Positions 25,765-37,925 are shown, counted from the stretch's first letter. The stretch: DNA of 64,000 nucleotides from the human T2T-CHM13v2.0 reference genome, Homo sapiens (GCF_009914755.1 NC_060933.1), one strand, 5' to 3'. The notes: generated by a model from the sequence alone, not told the origin. Translations and numbers: made by a program.

Positions 25765-25930
25765 ATATGATAAAATACCCCTGCTAGAAAAGTGCTACTA
25801 TTCTCACTTTCAAGATGAGAAAATAGAGTTTCAGAGAAGTGAAGTAACTTGCCCAAAGGCACACAACTACTAAATAGAAAAGCTAAGGATGTAAAATCAG
25901 GCTTATTTGAGACTTGAGCCACTGATTTTC
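25765..25930 (-). mobile_element. MIR
   Basis: AGATGAGAAAATAGAG...GAAGTAACTTGCCCAAAGGCACACAACT. Confidence 0.78.
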
Positions 25931-26164
25931 TTTTCTATTACAGCACGTAATGTAGTAATAATACCAAGGGTTGAAGAGTTCATTATATAGTTTATGAATA
26001 TGTCACATCTCAGTTTGCAAAGGGCTTTCGCAAACATTCATTGGATTTTCACAACCTCAAGACTGAGACGATGTGGGAAATTCCCCCCATTTTGCAGATG
26101 AAGAAAGAATGCAGGCAAACTGAATCTTCTTTCCACCCAGAAGCAGCACTAGCTGTTCTCTAAG

Positions 26165-26456
26165 ATGGAGGGAAGGAAGGAAGGAAGGAAGAGAGGGAGG
26201 GAGGAAGGGAGGGAAAAAATAAGTAAGGAAAGAAGGAAGGAAGGAAGGAAGGAAGGGAGGTAGGAAGGGAGGGAAGAAAGAAGGAAGGAAGGAAGGGAGG
26301 AAGGGAGGGAGGGAAGGGAGGAGGGAGGGAGGAAGGGAGGGAGGGAGGAAAGAAGGAGGGAAGGAAGGAAGGAATGGAGGGAGGAATGGGGGGAAGGGAG
26401 GAAAGAAGGGAGGGAGGAAGGGAGGGAGGGAGGAAGGAAGGAAGGAAGAAAGGAAG
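26165..26456. repeat. (GGAA/GGAG)n purine tract
   Basis: Directly visible. Confidence 0.95.
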
Positions 26457-26468
26457 ATCCCTCTTTCA

Positions 26469-26515
26469 CCTCCTCCTCCTCCTCCTCCTCCTCCTCCTCC
26501 TCCTCCTCCTCCTCC
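26469..26515. repeat. (CCT)n trinucleotide repeat, about 15 units
   Basis: Directly visible. Confidence 0.95.
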
Positions 26516-27714
26516 CCTTCAGCTTGTGGCTGGCCTTAGGGGCAAGATTGAATTTATACCGATCTGCAAATATTTTCCCCTTAAGTGTCCATTTTCACTG
26601 GACATAAATTGGACTGAATTGCCTTTACCTGCCGGAGCTGGAAAACCTGTCTCTATAAATTGATCCCTTAACTCTGCCATCCTCTTGAAACAATTAGCTG
26701 CTCTCTGACAGCTTCCACCTCTCTGGGCATGCAGCAGCCCCTGTGTCACTAACACCAAGAATTTTCTCAAGAGTGGCCCACTTATTTCTCTATACCCCTC
26801 TTTTCTGGGTCCAGAGCAGGATGCAATTCCATTTCTCTGCATTCATGCACCCTGGATCTCTTCTCTCCCCATATCCAGCCATGGCATCCTGAACAAGTCC
26901 TCGATTCTGCCACTTCCTCCTCACCCTTGCTGTCTCTGCCTTTTCCAGGCTGAGATTTCACCTTCCCTCCAGTCAGCCCCGCTCCAATCTTCACACTTAG
27001 TCCGAGTGGTCTGTGTGTCTGTCCAGGGGTAAGATGGCAATTACCTATCCTCTTTTCATGGAGGGGAACAATCATGTCTATTCCCCTTACGGAATAGGAA
27101 ATCTCTATTCTCAACTTGAGGAGTGGAAAAGGCTTCAACTTCCACTTGAGACAAGACTGTCGTGCATTCCCCTTCTGTTTGGGGGATGCGGGAAAGATGC
27201 AAACAAACTTCAGTAGCGATCATTTGCTGAACACTTACTGTATGCTGTCTGATGAGAAGCAGCATAGCATGGAGGTGAAGGTGGGCTTGGGGCTCAGACT
27301 GCCCCAGGTCACCTCCTGCCTCTATCACCCTCCAGCCAGAGGACTGGATATTTTTGCTTTGCTTCTTTGGATTCTTTCTGCCTTTCTCTACCCTGCTCTG
27401 TGCCCTGAGAGTTGATCTGTATGGTCCACTTGGGTTTAGCCAATGCACTGGAGGAGAGTAAGGGCCACAGCATCACACCCTGTCCCCAGTTCTTTGCCCA
27501 CCTGGCCAGGACCACAGCCCCTTTAGGGAAGTCCTCTCTTAGGTCACAGCTACTTTCTCCAATTTCTGGTAACTGCTCCATCCCCTGCCCTTTAGCCTAG
27601 GGAGATTCACTATCCACCTTCCTGGTGCACCCCTTTTTAAGTAGGCCCTTCCTCAACTCTCCTGAGTTACCTTATCTGAGTGTGTCATCGGATGCCGGCT
27701 ATGCATTGACTTCT

Positions 27715-27900
27715 AGAATGGGATCCTGGGCAAGTCACCCCTCCTCTGAGCCTGAGTCTCTTCATCTGCCAAAGGAGGATAATCAGAGGACAGGATGATG
27801 AAAGGAAGGGGAATGACCACATGGCTTTTGTGAGAATTAAGTAAGGAAAAGCACTTAAGCAGTCTGGCTTCTGGAATACACCCAATAAATACTAGTTGTT
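27715..27900 (+). mobile_element. MIR, followed by a minus-strand MIR at about 27925-28070
   Basis: CCTGGGCAAGTCACCCCTCCTCTGAGCCTGAGTCTCTTCATCTG; then CCATTTTACAAGCAAAGAAACT...GCCAGAATTCAAATC. Confidence 0.78.
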
Positions 27901-28874
27901 CTTCATATTTTTAAGCACCCAATGACACAGTGCTATCTCCATTTTACAAGCAAAGAAACTAATTCAAATGGAGGTCAAGTGACTCCCTGAAGTTCACCCT
28001 GCACTTAGCAGTGCCAGAATTCAAATCTTGGGCCATATAACTCCAGAGACTGAATTTTAGCCACAGTGCAATAAAGCATTGAATCCAATGTGTTGAGCCC
28101 CTCCCCTGAGATGCTCATATGGGGGCTACCTTGTTTGGTGCCTCAGCCTTAGAGGAAACCTGTTCTGTCTTAGAGGGCCCACAATGCACCTGGATAATTG
28201 TTCTATGGATGCTGTACTGAGGCGGGGGGGCGGTCCTCCTTGACCCCTGCAGGCAATCAGCTTAGCCCATGAAGCATGAGATTTAATTACCCTTATCTAA
28301 GCTTAAATAACTGTAAATGTTATTGTTGGTCACACGGAATTATCTCGCTCTTTGAAAACACTCAGCCATTTCCCTGACTCCGTGCTTTCCACAGGCAGGG
28401 AAACAATGCTGTTAATGTCCCACTGCTATTTGAACCCCAGTGTTGTGCAGACGGTTTGTGTGACATTTTGGGGCACCCAAGATGTCGCTTCCTGTTTGTC
28501 CGCTATTGGCAAGCGATGGCAGTTGGCTTAGTAGCTGGCACCCTGGGAAAGAAAGAGAGAGAGACACAGAGCTGACATCCAAAATTCCCCACTTGGTGAC
28601 TGGAAGAGGCTGGGAAAGTTGCTGAACCTCTCTGGTTTTCATTCTGTGATGTGTCCTCAGCTAGTCTCTGTGTTGGTGGTTTCTGATGGGAAGTAGAGAG
28701 TTTGAAGACAAGTGCATGGCAAAATGGGAAAAGCTGGGACAAGGATTTGGACTCACCACTGGGGATGCATACCAAGGAGCAAGGGCTGGAAAGAAATCCA
28801 TGCCACTGGGTACAGTGTTAGGAGGCAGTGTCGAATTAGACAGATGTCAGTGCAGACTTGGACAGACCCTAGCA

Positions 28875-29110
28875 CAAGTCCAAGCAGGACCAGCTGACAG
28901 CTATATGAATTGAGCTAGTTGCACTTCTTCCCTAAGCTCTTTATTTTCTTTCTAGTAAAGTTAGGATGATAACTCCTACCTCATAGAGGTGTTGTGGATT
29001 ATAGATAGATGGAAGATAAAAAATATAAAATGATTGATAGATAATACATAGATAGACAAATGATATTTATGTAAAGCACTGACAAATAGTAAAAACTCAA
29101 CAATAGGAAG
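28875..29110 (+). mobile_element. MIR interrupted by a (GATA)-like repeat
   Basis: CCTACCTCATAGAGGTGTTGTGGATTA...ATGTAAAGCACT...CTCAACAAT. Confidence 0.7.
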
Positions 29111-29257
29111 AATTATCATTTTGCTATTATTATTTATAACCATCTCCAGAAGATGCGAACAGGCAAGCAGCTTGGTGCCCAAGATGATGATAATGATGAT
29201 AATGATGCATCATAAAAGTAGTTTTTAATGAGTTATAATTATCATCATTATCAGTAT

Positions 29258-29492
29258 AGTAACTCATATTTCTGAATCAACTATCATATGTTAACCCTGT
29301 ATTAAGTATATTAAGTGCCTGATCTCAAAGAATCTTTACAATCCTGCTTAGGAGAGAGGTACTATTGTTCTATTGCTGTCCTCATTTGACAGGTGAGAAA
29401 ACTGAGGCTTAGATAAGTCAATTGATTTCCTCAATGTTGTCCAGCTAGTGAGTGGCTGGGTCTAGAAACTAGTTCCATTTGACCTGAGAGCT
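29258..29492 (-). mobile_element. MIR
   Basis: CAGGTGAGAAAACTGAGGCTTAGA...CCAGCTAGTGAGTGGC. Confidence 0.8.
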
Positions 29493-30327
29493 TATGTTCT
29501 TAATGAAGTGGTGTGGGGGCATGGTGATGGAGTGGTCAAAAACAGGCAATATTGAATGAACAAGAAAGCAGACAGCAATAGGGAAGTGTGGTACCAAGGA
29601 GCAATATTCAATACAGCAACCAGGAAGTTCCTGGAAGTCATAGGAAGAGGGTAGAGAAAGAAAAAGATAGAGCCCAATCCAGTAAGGGAAGACAGCTGTT
29701 AGAACTGTCAATGCTCATGACACAGCCTAACGTATCCTGCGGACCCAAGTTAGAAGCCAGAACTCCGTTCATCATGGTCACAGTTCAGAACAGCAGGGCC
29801 CTCTAGAATTTCTGAGTTACGAAGCAGGAAAACCAGAGACAGATAGACTTTGTTTGAATTCTGGATGTACTACTTACTAACCATGGGGTATATTGTGTTA
29901 TTTGTCCTTTCTGGGCCTCAGTTTCCCAATATGTAATATTAAGTGGGTACTAATAGACAGGTAGCTGGCATATATAGATGGCATAAACACCATCATTTTC
30001 CACCTCTGCACTCACTGCAGACATCACTAATGGATCTCTGCACTCTTTCCAACTGTGTCATAACTGCAGAATTCTCTCAGAGTGCTCCAGAGATAGCCTC
30101 CCAATCAATCAATCAGAGTAGGCATTGGCCTGAACTGTATGACAACTAAGAATTCTTTCAGATCTAATAAACTATGATTCTGATACTTTCTTGATTGACT
30201 TGTGCTATCCTTGTCTTTCCTTCTTCACCTTAAAGATGGTAGATGGTTGAAGTATTCTCTAATGGTCACAGCAGTGAATAATCACAAAAATTTAAACCCA
30301 AACAAATGTCTTCAAATTTTTCTTATC

Positions 30328-30756
30328 CAGTTGTTTTCAAACTGCAGTCCCCAGGACTCCCTGTAAGCGGTCCAGGGCCTCTTTTGGAGATCTCAGGGAC
30401 CCCACCTCTGCCTGACTCAGAATCTCCATTTTTTTCTCTTTTAATATATTGAAATTTCAAATAAAATATCCTTTCACTCATTCATTCATCCAACAAATAT
30501 TGATTTGGAAGTAAAAGCGTTATGTTCTACACACAGCAAGGAAGGAGGGAAGGAAGGATGAAGGGAGATAAAGAGAAAGGAAGGGAAGGAAGGTGGTAAG
30601 GAAGGAAAGAAGGAGAAAAGGAGGGAAGGAGGGAGGGATGGAAGGAAGGGAAGGGAAGGGAGGGAAGAAGGAAGGAAGGAAGGGAGGGAGGAAGGAAGGA
30701 AGTAAAGAAGGAAAGAAAGAAGGAAGGAAGGAAGGAAGGAAGTTTGAAAACCACTG
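30328..30756 (-). mobile_element. MER117-like hAT MITE, split by an L2 tail fragment and a (GGAA)n tract
   Basis: Terminal inverted repeats CAGTTGTTTTCAAACT (30328-30343) and AGTTTGAAAACCACTG (30741-30756) are complementary at 15 of 16 positions. Confidence 0.72.
30538..30741. repeat. (GGAA)n-rich purine tract
   Basis: Directly visible. Confidence 0.95.
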
Positions 30757-31879
30757 ATCTAGCCCATTCTACAGATAGAAAGCCTGAAATCCAAGCACTG
30801 AACAAGAGTGGACCAAGGCCTTACAGAAAGTTAACATAGCTGAGATTTGAACTCAATTCTCCTAATTTCCAGCCAACTGAAAGCTCTTTTCAAGTGCCCC
30901 AGTCCCTTCTGTCCATAAGGTAGTTTAGAATAAGAGAGGAGAGGGGGAATTCAGACTCCTCTGACAAGAAGAACTGACTAAGCGGCTAAGTCAGAAATGA
31001 AATATTAAAGCTAAACCACCAATAGATGCTGCCTTCCAGGGAAATTCAAGCCAGAATAGCAGCATCCATCTGTATGAAGCCCTAGCCAAGATATAAGGCA
31101 AGAAGCCTGGGCTGTGTGTGCAGGTCAGGAAGGCATACATCTAACTCCCTAGCTATACAGACAGAGCTCATCCCCACTGGCAGGCCTTCCACTGGGCCAT
31201 TTTATGATTGTTGCAAATCGAACTGGAGCCATCTGCTTCTTGACACCTATGGGTTCCCACTGGTCTTTCTACTGGCTTAAACATCAGCTCCTGCTCAGAT
31301 CAGAGATGCTTCCAGAGGTTTATGGTACATCTGGCATCTAATTAAAGGCAGTCCTATCCCCTGTGGACAGATTCTTCCTCCTCTTAAAAGTTCAGGCACT
31401 CCTTTTTCATCCATACAATAATTCCTCCTCTCCCTTAATCAACAAACTTTTTAAATGTATAATCAAACACCATGCTAAGCCCAGGGAGACACTGACAGGT
31501 GACAGTTCTTCACCTGAGAAGTTATTGTCTCATTCAGCAGCTAAGGTAGGTGAAGGGGAGGTGACTTCTTGCTCTTCCACCAAGAGGGTTCAGAGAGCAA
31601 CCTTCTCAAGGTCACCAAGTGCATCCGGTATAAAGACAGTTCCTCTATCACATGTCATCTCCTAGGGCTAAGTCAAGGATTGTCCAGGCCTCCCAATAAG
31701 TAAGCATGAGATTGCTGCAGTGCTGATATACACAAATGCCTGGAACTTTTCTCCCAAATGCAGTCCTCTTTTGGATGTTCATACACAGCAAGCTCTTTCT
31801 CACCTCAAAGCCTGGAACACTCACACCCATGCTCACATCCACCCACCCACTCGCCCAGAACACCCTCCACTCCCATTCG

Positions 31880-32095
31880 TTTCTTGGCTAGTTCTTCATT
31901 CTTCAGGTCCCAGCTGAAATGTCACTTCCTCAAAGAGGCTTTCCAAGAGACCCAGATCTAAACTTTTCTCTCATGTAATTTTCTTTCATAGGACTTTGTA
32001 CTTTTACTTCACGAAACTGATCAAAATTTGAAATTTTTATGCACTTATAGATTTATTTGTTCAATGGATGACTCCTCCACAGACCAGAAAATCAC
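31880..32095 (+). mobile_element. L2 3' fragment
   Basis: TCATTCTTCAGGTCCCAGCTGAAATGTCACTTCCTCAAAGAGGCTTTCC. Confidence 0.72.
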
Positions 32096-32724
32096 TTGTT
32101 GCTTGAGTGAGTGAGTGAGTGATGTTACTAGTACTAGAACCCTCTGAAAAGATGTCTTGGTTTCTGACTAATGTAAGGAAGGTGGCAATTACTCCAGCTT
32201 GCTGAATCTTAGGAGATTTTATTGATATCAGAGGGAATGTCACATTCTCATCTCAAAAGAATACACTTTGGTCAATTCTTGTGTAAGTCAAAACCACAAT
32301 AACATCAACTATGAAAACATTTTCTAATTTCAGTGTTGTATAACTCTTCTCTGTTCAGCAGCCCAACCCCATCTCCATGACAACCCACATTCCAGTACCA
32401 GCAGAGAGGATGTTATCACAGGAGACAGGAGGAAAGGTCTTCCTAGAGCCACCTTGGCTGCACTAAGGTGTTTGTCATCAGCCATTCCTGCTAGGTACTG
32501 TGCTTTTTCTGATGGCTCTTTGCATCTTTTGGCATACACAACCCATCTATGAGAGCCCTGGGAAACAGGCTGGATAGATCTGAGCCCTCCTGGCATTTGG
32601 CTCCAAAGACATCACCTGGTCCTCTCTCATAACCAGCATGGATGGGTCAGATGGATTGCTGTAAATCTTACATGTCTATGAGGGAAAGGTAAAATGTTCT
32701 TCTTTTTCACCACCTTCAAAAGCC

Positions 32725-33235
32725 TTTTTATTTTATGTTATTTTTAAGTTAAAAATTTGTATATATTTAAGGGGTACAAGAGCACATTTCTTACTTGCAT
32801 ACATTGTGTAGTGAAGTCTGGAATTTTAGTGTACCCATCACCCCAATAGTGAACACTGTACCTAACAGGTAGTTTTCCAAACCACATCCCCCTCCCAGTC
32901 TCCCACCTCTTGGAGTCCCCAGTGTCTATTATTTCACTCTGTATGTCCATGTGTACCCATTTTTTAGCTCCCACTTGTAAGTGAGAACATGCAGTATTTG
33001 ACTTTCTGTTTCTGAGTTGTTTCACTTAGGATAACAGTCTCCAGTTCCCTCCATGTTACTGCAAAGGCATGATTTCATTCTTTTTTATAGTTGAGTAGTA
33101 TTCCATAGTGTGTATTACCACATTTTTTTTTATCTAGTCTGCCATTGGTGGACATTTGAGTTGATTCACATCCTTGCCATTGTGAAGAGTGCTGCCACAA
33201 ATATATGAGTGCAGGTGTCTTTTATATGATGATTT
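32725..33235 (-). mobile_element. 5'-truncated L1PB-like 3' end
   Basis: GGGGTACAAG...TTTAGCTCCCACTTGTAAGTGAGAACATGCAGTATTTG. TSD GGGAAAGGTAAAATGTTCT (32682-32700) and GGGAAAGGTAAGAAGTTCT (33236-33254). Confidence 0.92.
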
Positions 33236-33499
33236 GGGAAAGGTAAGAAGTTCTAAGACAAAAGGAGGTCCAGGGTATTACTAAGAGACCTTATTAAACA
33301 GGAAAGAAAACATGGTTTGGGAGATGCCTATAATAGTAACTGGCCCCAGAAAAAAGCACAAGGGGACACAATATTATCCAAAGTGGATTAGACTCCTGAG
33401 GATCTTTCTACCTAAATGAGGAGCCCTCCCTCAATCCTGGGAGAAAGCCCCTCAGCAGTGATGATGGTGACAATGCCAGAATACTGTCCATAGTTGTGC

Positions 33500-33845
33500 A
33501 ACTTTGTACTGAGTATTCTATTAAATCCTTTCCACAGCCCACCTCATTTACCCTTCCTAACACCTTAATCAGCTAGATCTGATTATCCCATCTATTAATG
33601 GAAGAATGAGGATTCAGAAAAGGGGAGTGACTTGTCCAAGCCACATGGCTAAGTGAGATGTGGAACTGAGTTTAGAACTCATTCAACTTTACCTAATTTC
33701 AAAATACATTCATTTATTCATGCCATATATATATTTATTTATTAAGCACCTATTATATGACTAGAACACTATTCTAGGCCTTGGGATTACATTACCCAAA
33801 ACAGAAGACAGATATTTCTGCCTTCATAGAGCTCATGTCTGGTAA
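33500..33845 (-). mobile_element. MIR (about 33500-33700) and L2 3' end (about 33705-33845)
   Basis: GAGTGACTTGTCCAAGCCACATGGCTAAGTG; TATTTATTAAGCACCTATTATATG...TGCCTTCATAGAGCTCA. Confidence 0.75.
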
Positions 33846-33952
33846 CTAGTGACAGAGTTCATGAATCTATCTATATGGCTCCCATGTTACAAAGTGAGTC
33901 TGAGAGAGAAAAAACACCTTATTTGGGCTCTTGGTTTCAATTTTAAATTTTC

Positions 33953-35932
33953 TTTTATTATGATTATGATTATTATTATTATTATACTTTAAGTTCTGGG
34001 ATACATGTTCAGAACAGGCAGGTTTGTTAAATAGGTATACATGTGCCGTGGTGGTTTGCTGCACCCATCAACCCATCATCTACATTAGGTATTTTCTCCT
34101 AATGCTATCCCTCCCCTAGCCCCCCACCCACTGACAGGCCCCGATGTGTGATATTCTCCTCCCTGTGCCCATATGTTTTCATTGTTCAGCTCCCATTTAT
34201 GAGTGAGAACATGTGGTGTTTGGTTTTCTGTTCCTGTGTTAGTTTGCTAAAAATGATGGTTTCCAGCTTCATCTATGTCCCGGCAAAAGACATGAACTCA
34301 TTCTTTTTTTATGCCTACATAGTATTCCATGGTGTATATGTGCCACATTTTCTTTATCCAGTCTATCATTGATAGGCATTTGGATTGGTTCCAAGTCTGC
34401 TATTGTGAATAGTGGTGCAATAAACATACGTGTGCATGTGTCTTTATAGTAGAATGATTTATAATCCATTGGGTATATACTCAGTAATGGATTGCTGGGT
34501 CAAATGGTATTTCTGGCTTTAAATCCTTGAGGAATTGCCACACTGTCTTTCACAATGGTTGAAATAATTTACAGTCCCACCAACAGTGTAAAAGCATTCC
34601 TATTTCTCCACATCCTCTTCAGCATCTGTTGTTTCCTGACTTTTTAATAATTGTCATTCTAAGTGGCGTGAGATGGTATCTCATTGTGGTTTTCATTTGC
34701 ATTTCTCTAATGACAAGTGATAATGAGTTTTTTTTCATATGTTTGTTGGTGGCATAAATATCTTCTTTTGAAAAGTGTCTGTTCATATCCTTTGCCCATT
34801 TTTTGATGGGGTTGTTTTTTCTTGTAAATTTGTTTAAGTTCCTTGTAGATTCTGAGTATTAGCCCTTTGTCAGATGGATAGATTGCAAAATTTTCTCCCA
34901 TTATTTAGGTTGCCTGTTCACTCTGATGGTAGTTTCTTTTGCTGTGCAGAAGCTTTTTAGTTTAATTAGATCCCATTTGTCAGTTTTGGCTTTGTTGCAA
35001 TTGCTTTTGGTGTTTTAGTCATGAAGTTTTTGCCCATGCCTATGTCCTGAATGGTATTGCCTAGATTTTCTTCTAGGGTTTTTAAGGTTTTAAGTCTTAT
35101 GTCTAAGTCTTTAATCCATCTTGAGTTAATTTTTGTGTAAGGTATAAGGAAGGGGTCCAGTTTCAGTTTTCTGCATATGGCTTGCCAGTTTTCCCAAAAC
35201 CATTTATTAAATAGGGAATCCTTTCCTCATTGCTTGTTTTTGTCAGGTTTGTCAAAGATCAGATGGTTGTAGGTGTGTGGTGTTATTTCTGAGGCCTCTG
35301 TTCTGTTCCATTGGTCTATGGATCTGTTTTGGTACCAGTACCATGCTGTTTTGGTTACTGTAGCTTGTAGTATAGTTTATAGTCAGGTAGCATGATGCCT
35401 CCAGCTTTATTCTTTTTGCTTAGGATTGTCTTGGCTATATAGGCTCTTTTTTGGTTCCGTATGAAATTTAAAAGAGTTTTTTCTAATTCTGTAAAGAAAG
35501 TCAGTGGTAGCTTAATGGGAATAGCATTGAACCTATCAATTGCTTTGGGCAGTATGGCCATTTTCACGATATTGATTCTTCCTATTCATGAGCATAGAAC
35601 GTTTTTTCATTTGTTTGTGTCCTCTCTTATTTCCTTGAGCAGTGGTTTGTAGTTCTCCTTGAAGAGGTCCTTCATATCCCTCGTAAGTTGTATTCCTAGG
35701 TATTTTATTATCTTTGTAGAAATTGTGAATGGTAATTCACTCATGATTTAGCTCTCTGTTTGTCTATTATTGGTGTATAGGAATACCTGTGATTTTTGCA
35801 CATTGATTTTGTATCCTGAGACTTTGCTGAAGTTGCTCATCAGCTTAAGGAGTTTTGGGGCTGAGACGATGGGGTTTTTGACACTATGAAGAAACTGCAT
35901 CAACTAATGCGCAAAATAACCAGCTAGCATCA
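33953..35932 (-). mobile_element. L1PA7-like, about 2 kb, 5'-truncated with a short 5' inversion (35880-35932)
   Basis: 3' end TTATACTTTAAGTTCTGGGATACATG. ORF2 remnants ([28 protein letters not shown]). Perfect 16-bp TSD TCAATTTTAAATTTTC at 33937-33952 and 35930-35945. Confidence 0.96.
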
Positions 35933-37076
35933 ATTTTAAATTTTCCCACCCACCACTATTACTCTGCTATTCTCATTTCTAAAAGTGGGGCATACACAGA
36001 AGCCAGAGGATTTAGCCACGTTTCAAAGATCAGACCCCTGGTAGAATCTGGAGTTATCTTGGGCTGTTTGCAACTGCAGACAGCTGGGCCAGGCTTGCTT
36101 CAGTGTTGCAGTTTTTTAAGTCTTTGAGGGGCTTAAAGACTTAAATTGTCTCCCACAAATCTAAGGGAGAGGTATTGAATTTGCAGGAGTACTCAGGGAC
36201 CTGCCAGGACCTGTGTATTTCAAGCGTGTCCTTTGGCAAAGCTCATCCATTCTACGTGTGTGCTTTCTCAAACCGGAGATGACTTATACCTTGCTGATGC
36301 CCGATCTAGCCCTGCCCATCCACCTACTGACTTACTGCCTTCATGATCCTGCTCAGGCATTCAGGAATACATGAACTGCTGCTATTTGACCTCATTCTGT
36401 GACCTAAGCAGGTCAGCTCCTCACTGAGCTTCTGCATTTGCATCTGTAAAATGGGCAAGTTCCAGGTTCATTTACAATCCTCCTAGCTCCAATAACCTAA
36501 AATTACTCAAAGGAATGGTGAGCAGCAGTTTGGTTGGCTTGAACAAAGAGCTCATTGAGCAACCTGCCCTGCTCCTTCTTTCTGCTCCCTGATCCCCTCT
36601 GTACACCTCTCCTCCCCACCCCCATCACCGCCCATCCCCATCAACTCGAGCCTCACCATATGTTGCCTTGTTTTTTCTGAAAATCAATCCTAAGGTGGCA
36701 GCTTTAACACTCTCCACTCCTGCAGCCTATTTTTACCCACCAGGCAGCTCGCCACCTGTGTGGCAGACGCCAGCATCCCCAGCTGTGAGGAGCACAGCTC
36801 AGCCTCTGCTTTTCTTCCTCTAGGGCCCCAGAAACACCCCTCTTCCAACTCAGGTCAGCCTGAATGTGTACTCTGGGGTCCTCAGCCAGAGGCTCTATCT
36901 CCTCAGGGTTCCTGCAGGTGGTAGGAAGAGTTTTACACAAACTAAAAAGGAAGGAAATGAGCAAAGAGGAATGAATAATGAAGGGAGAGATAGAAAAATA
37001 AGGAAAACAGACATAAAGGAGGAAAGAAGACCTCCAAAGACCATCTACCATGCCTAAGTCCTCTGTTTTGTATTTT

Positions 37077-37395
37077 AAATTCATCATTCCTTCTTTCATT
37101 TATTCAGGAAATATTTATGAGACTGTATTATGCACCAGGGACTATAATAGGCCCTAGGAATATAGTGGTGGACAAAAATAAACACATCCCTGACCTCATA
37201 CTGAGGGAGATCAATTGCATCACTTAATCCTCATGACAAATTTATCAACTTTTAAAACCCCCATTTTTCAGATAGGAAAATTGAGACAGAGAGGTGAAGG
37301 TACTTGCTTAAGACACAGCAAGAAAATTTGCAGGGCTGAGCTTTAAATTCATCCCTGCCTGACTCCTAAGCCCTCATTCTGTTGCACCATCCTGC
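37077..37395 (-). mobile_element. L2 3' end (about 37077-37205) followed by MIR (about 37215-37395)
   Basis: TTCATTTATTCAGGAAATATTTA...CCCTGACCTCAT; CCCATTTTTCAGATAGGAAAATTGAGACAGAGAGGTGAAG. Confidence 0.78.
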
Positions 37396-37490
37396 CTTCC
37401 ATCCTCACTGAGGGGCTACGCTGAACCTGGGAAAAACTAGCAGTCATCTGGCCTGTTAGAGTGCGAAGGAACTTTCCAGATGATCTCACC

Positions 37491-37925
37491 TGTTGCAGGT
37501 GGTGACTGAGTGGGGCTGGTGGCATGGGCCATAAGGAATTCACTAAGACAGTTGTAGGTAAAGAAAGGCAGATTTATTAGGGAGATATGAAAATATGCTG
37601 CACAGGTGCAACAGGCAGGTCAGCAAGAGAAAAGCTGACTACAAGGATACAAAGGCTTGCTGGGGATTTTATGAGATGGTGCTTATGCTGGAGAAGGCTA
37701 CATGTAGTACTGATAAAGCCAAGGTTGCCGTGAGCTAACTTGCATTTTTCTATCAGTCGAGGGTCTGTTGATAAATCCAGTGCAGGAAGATTGTACGTTA
37801 TTTGCGCAAGAGGGGTCAGTGTTCTGGACCATGAAGAAAGGCAGACTTACAGCTTATCTGCTTTTTCTTCTTGCTTTCTCCTGCTTCTGCCAGCCTGAAT
37901 CCTTTTCCCTTATTAGGACTCCACA
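37491..37925 (-). mobile_element. Solo ERVL-class LTR (LTR47-like), inserted in a MIR3-type fragment
   Basis: TG...CA termini. Minus strand begins TGTGGAGTCCTAATAAGGGAAAAGGA. Minus-strand AATAAA about 37573-37578. Perfect 5-bp TSD TCACC at 37486-37490 and 37926-37930. Confidence 0.85.

Noticed and set aside
34148-35652. ORFs with L1 ORF2 similarity
   Set aside because: They are fragments of a truncated, frameshifted L1PA7 that is not retrotransposition-competent.
36115-36145. Hairpin TTTAAGTCTTT-N9-AAAGACTTAAA (shorter ones near 20633 and 24976)
   Set aside because: An 11-bp AT-rich stem is near chance expectation in 64 kb and too short for a pre-miRNA.
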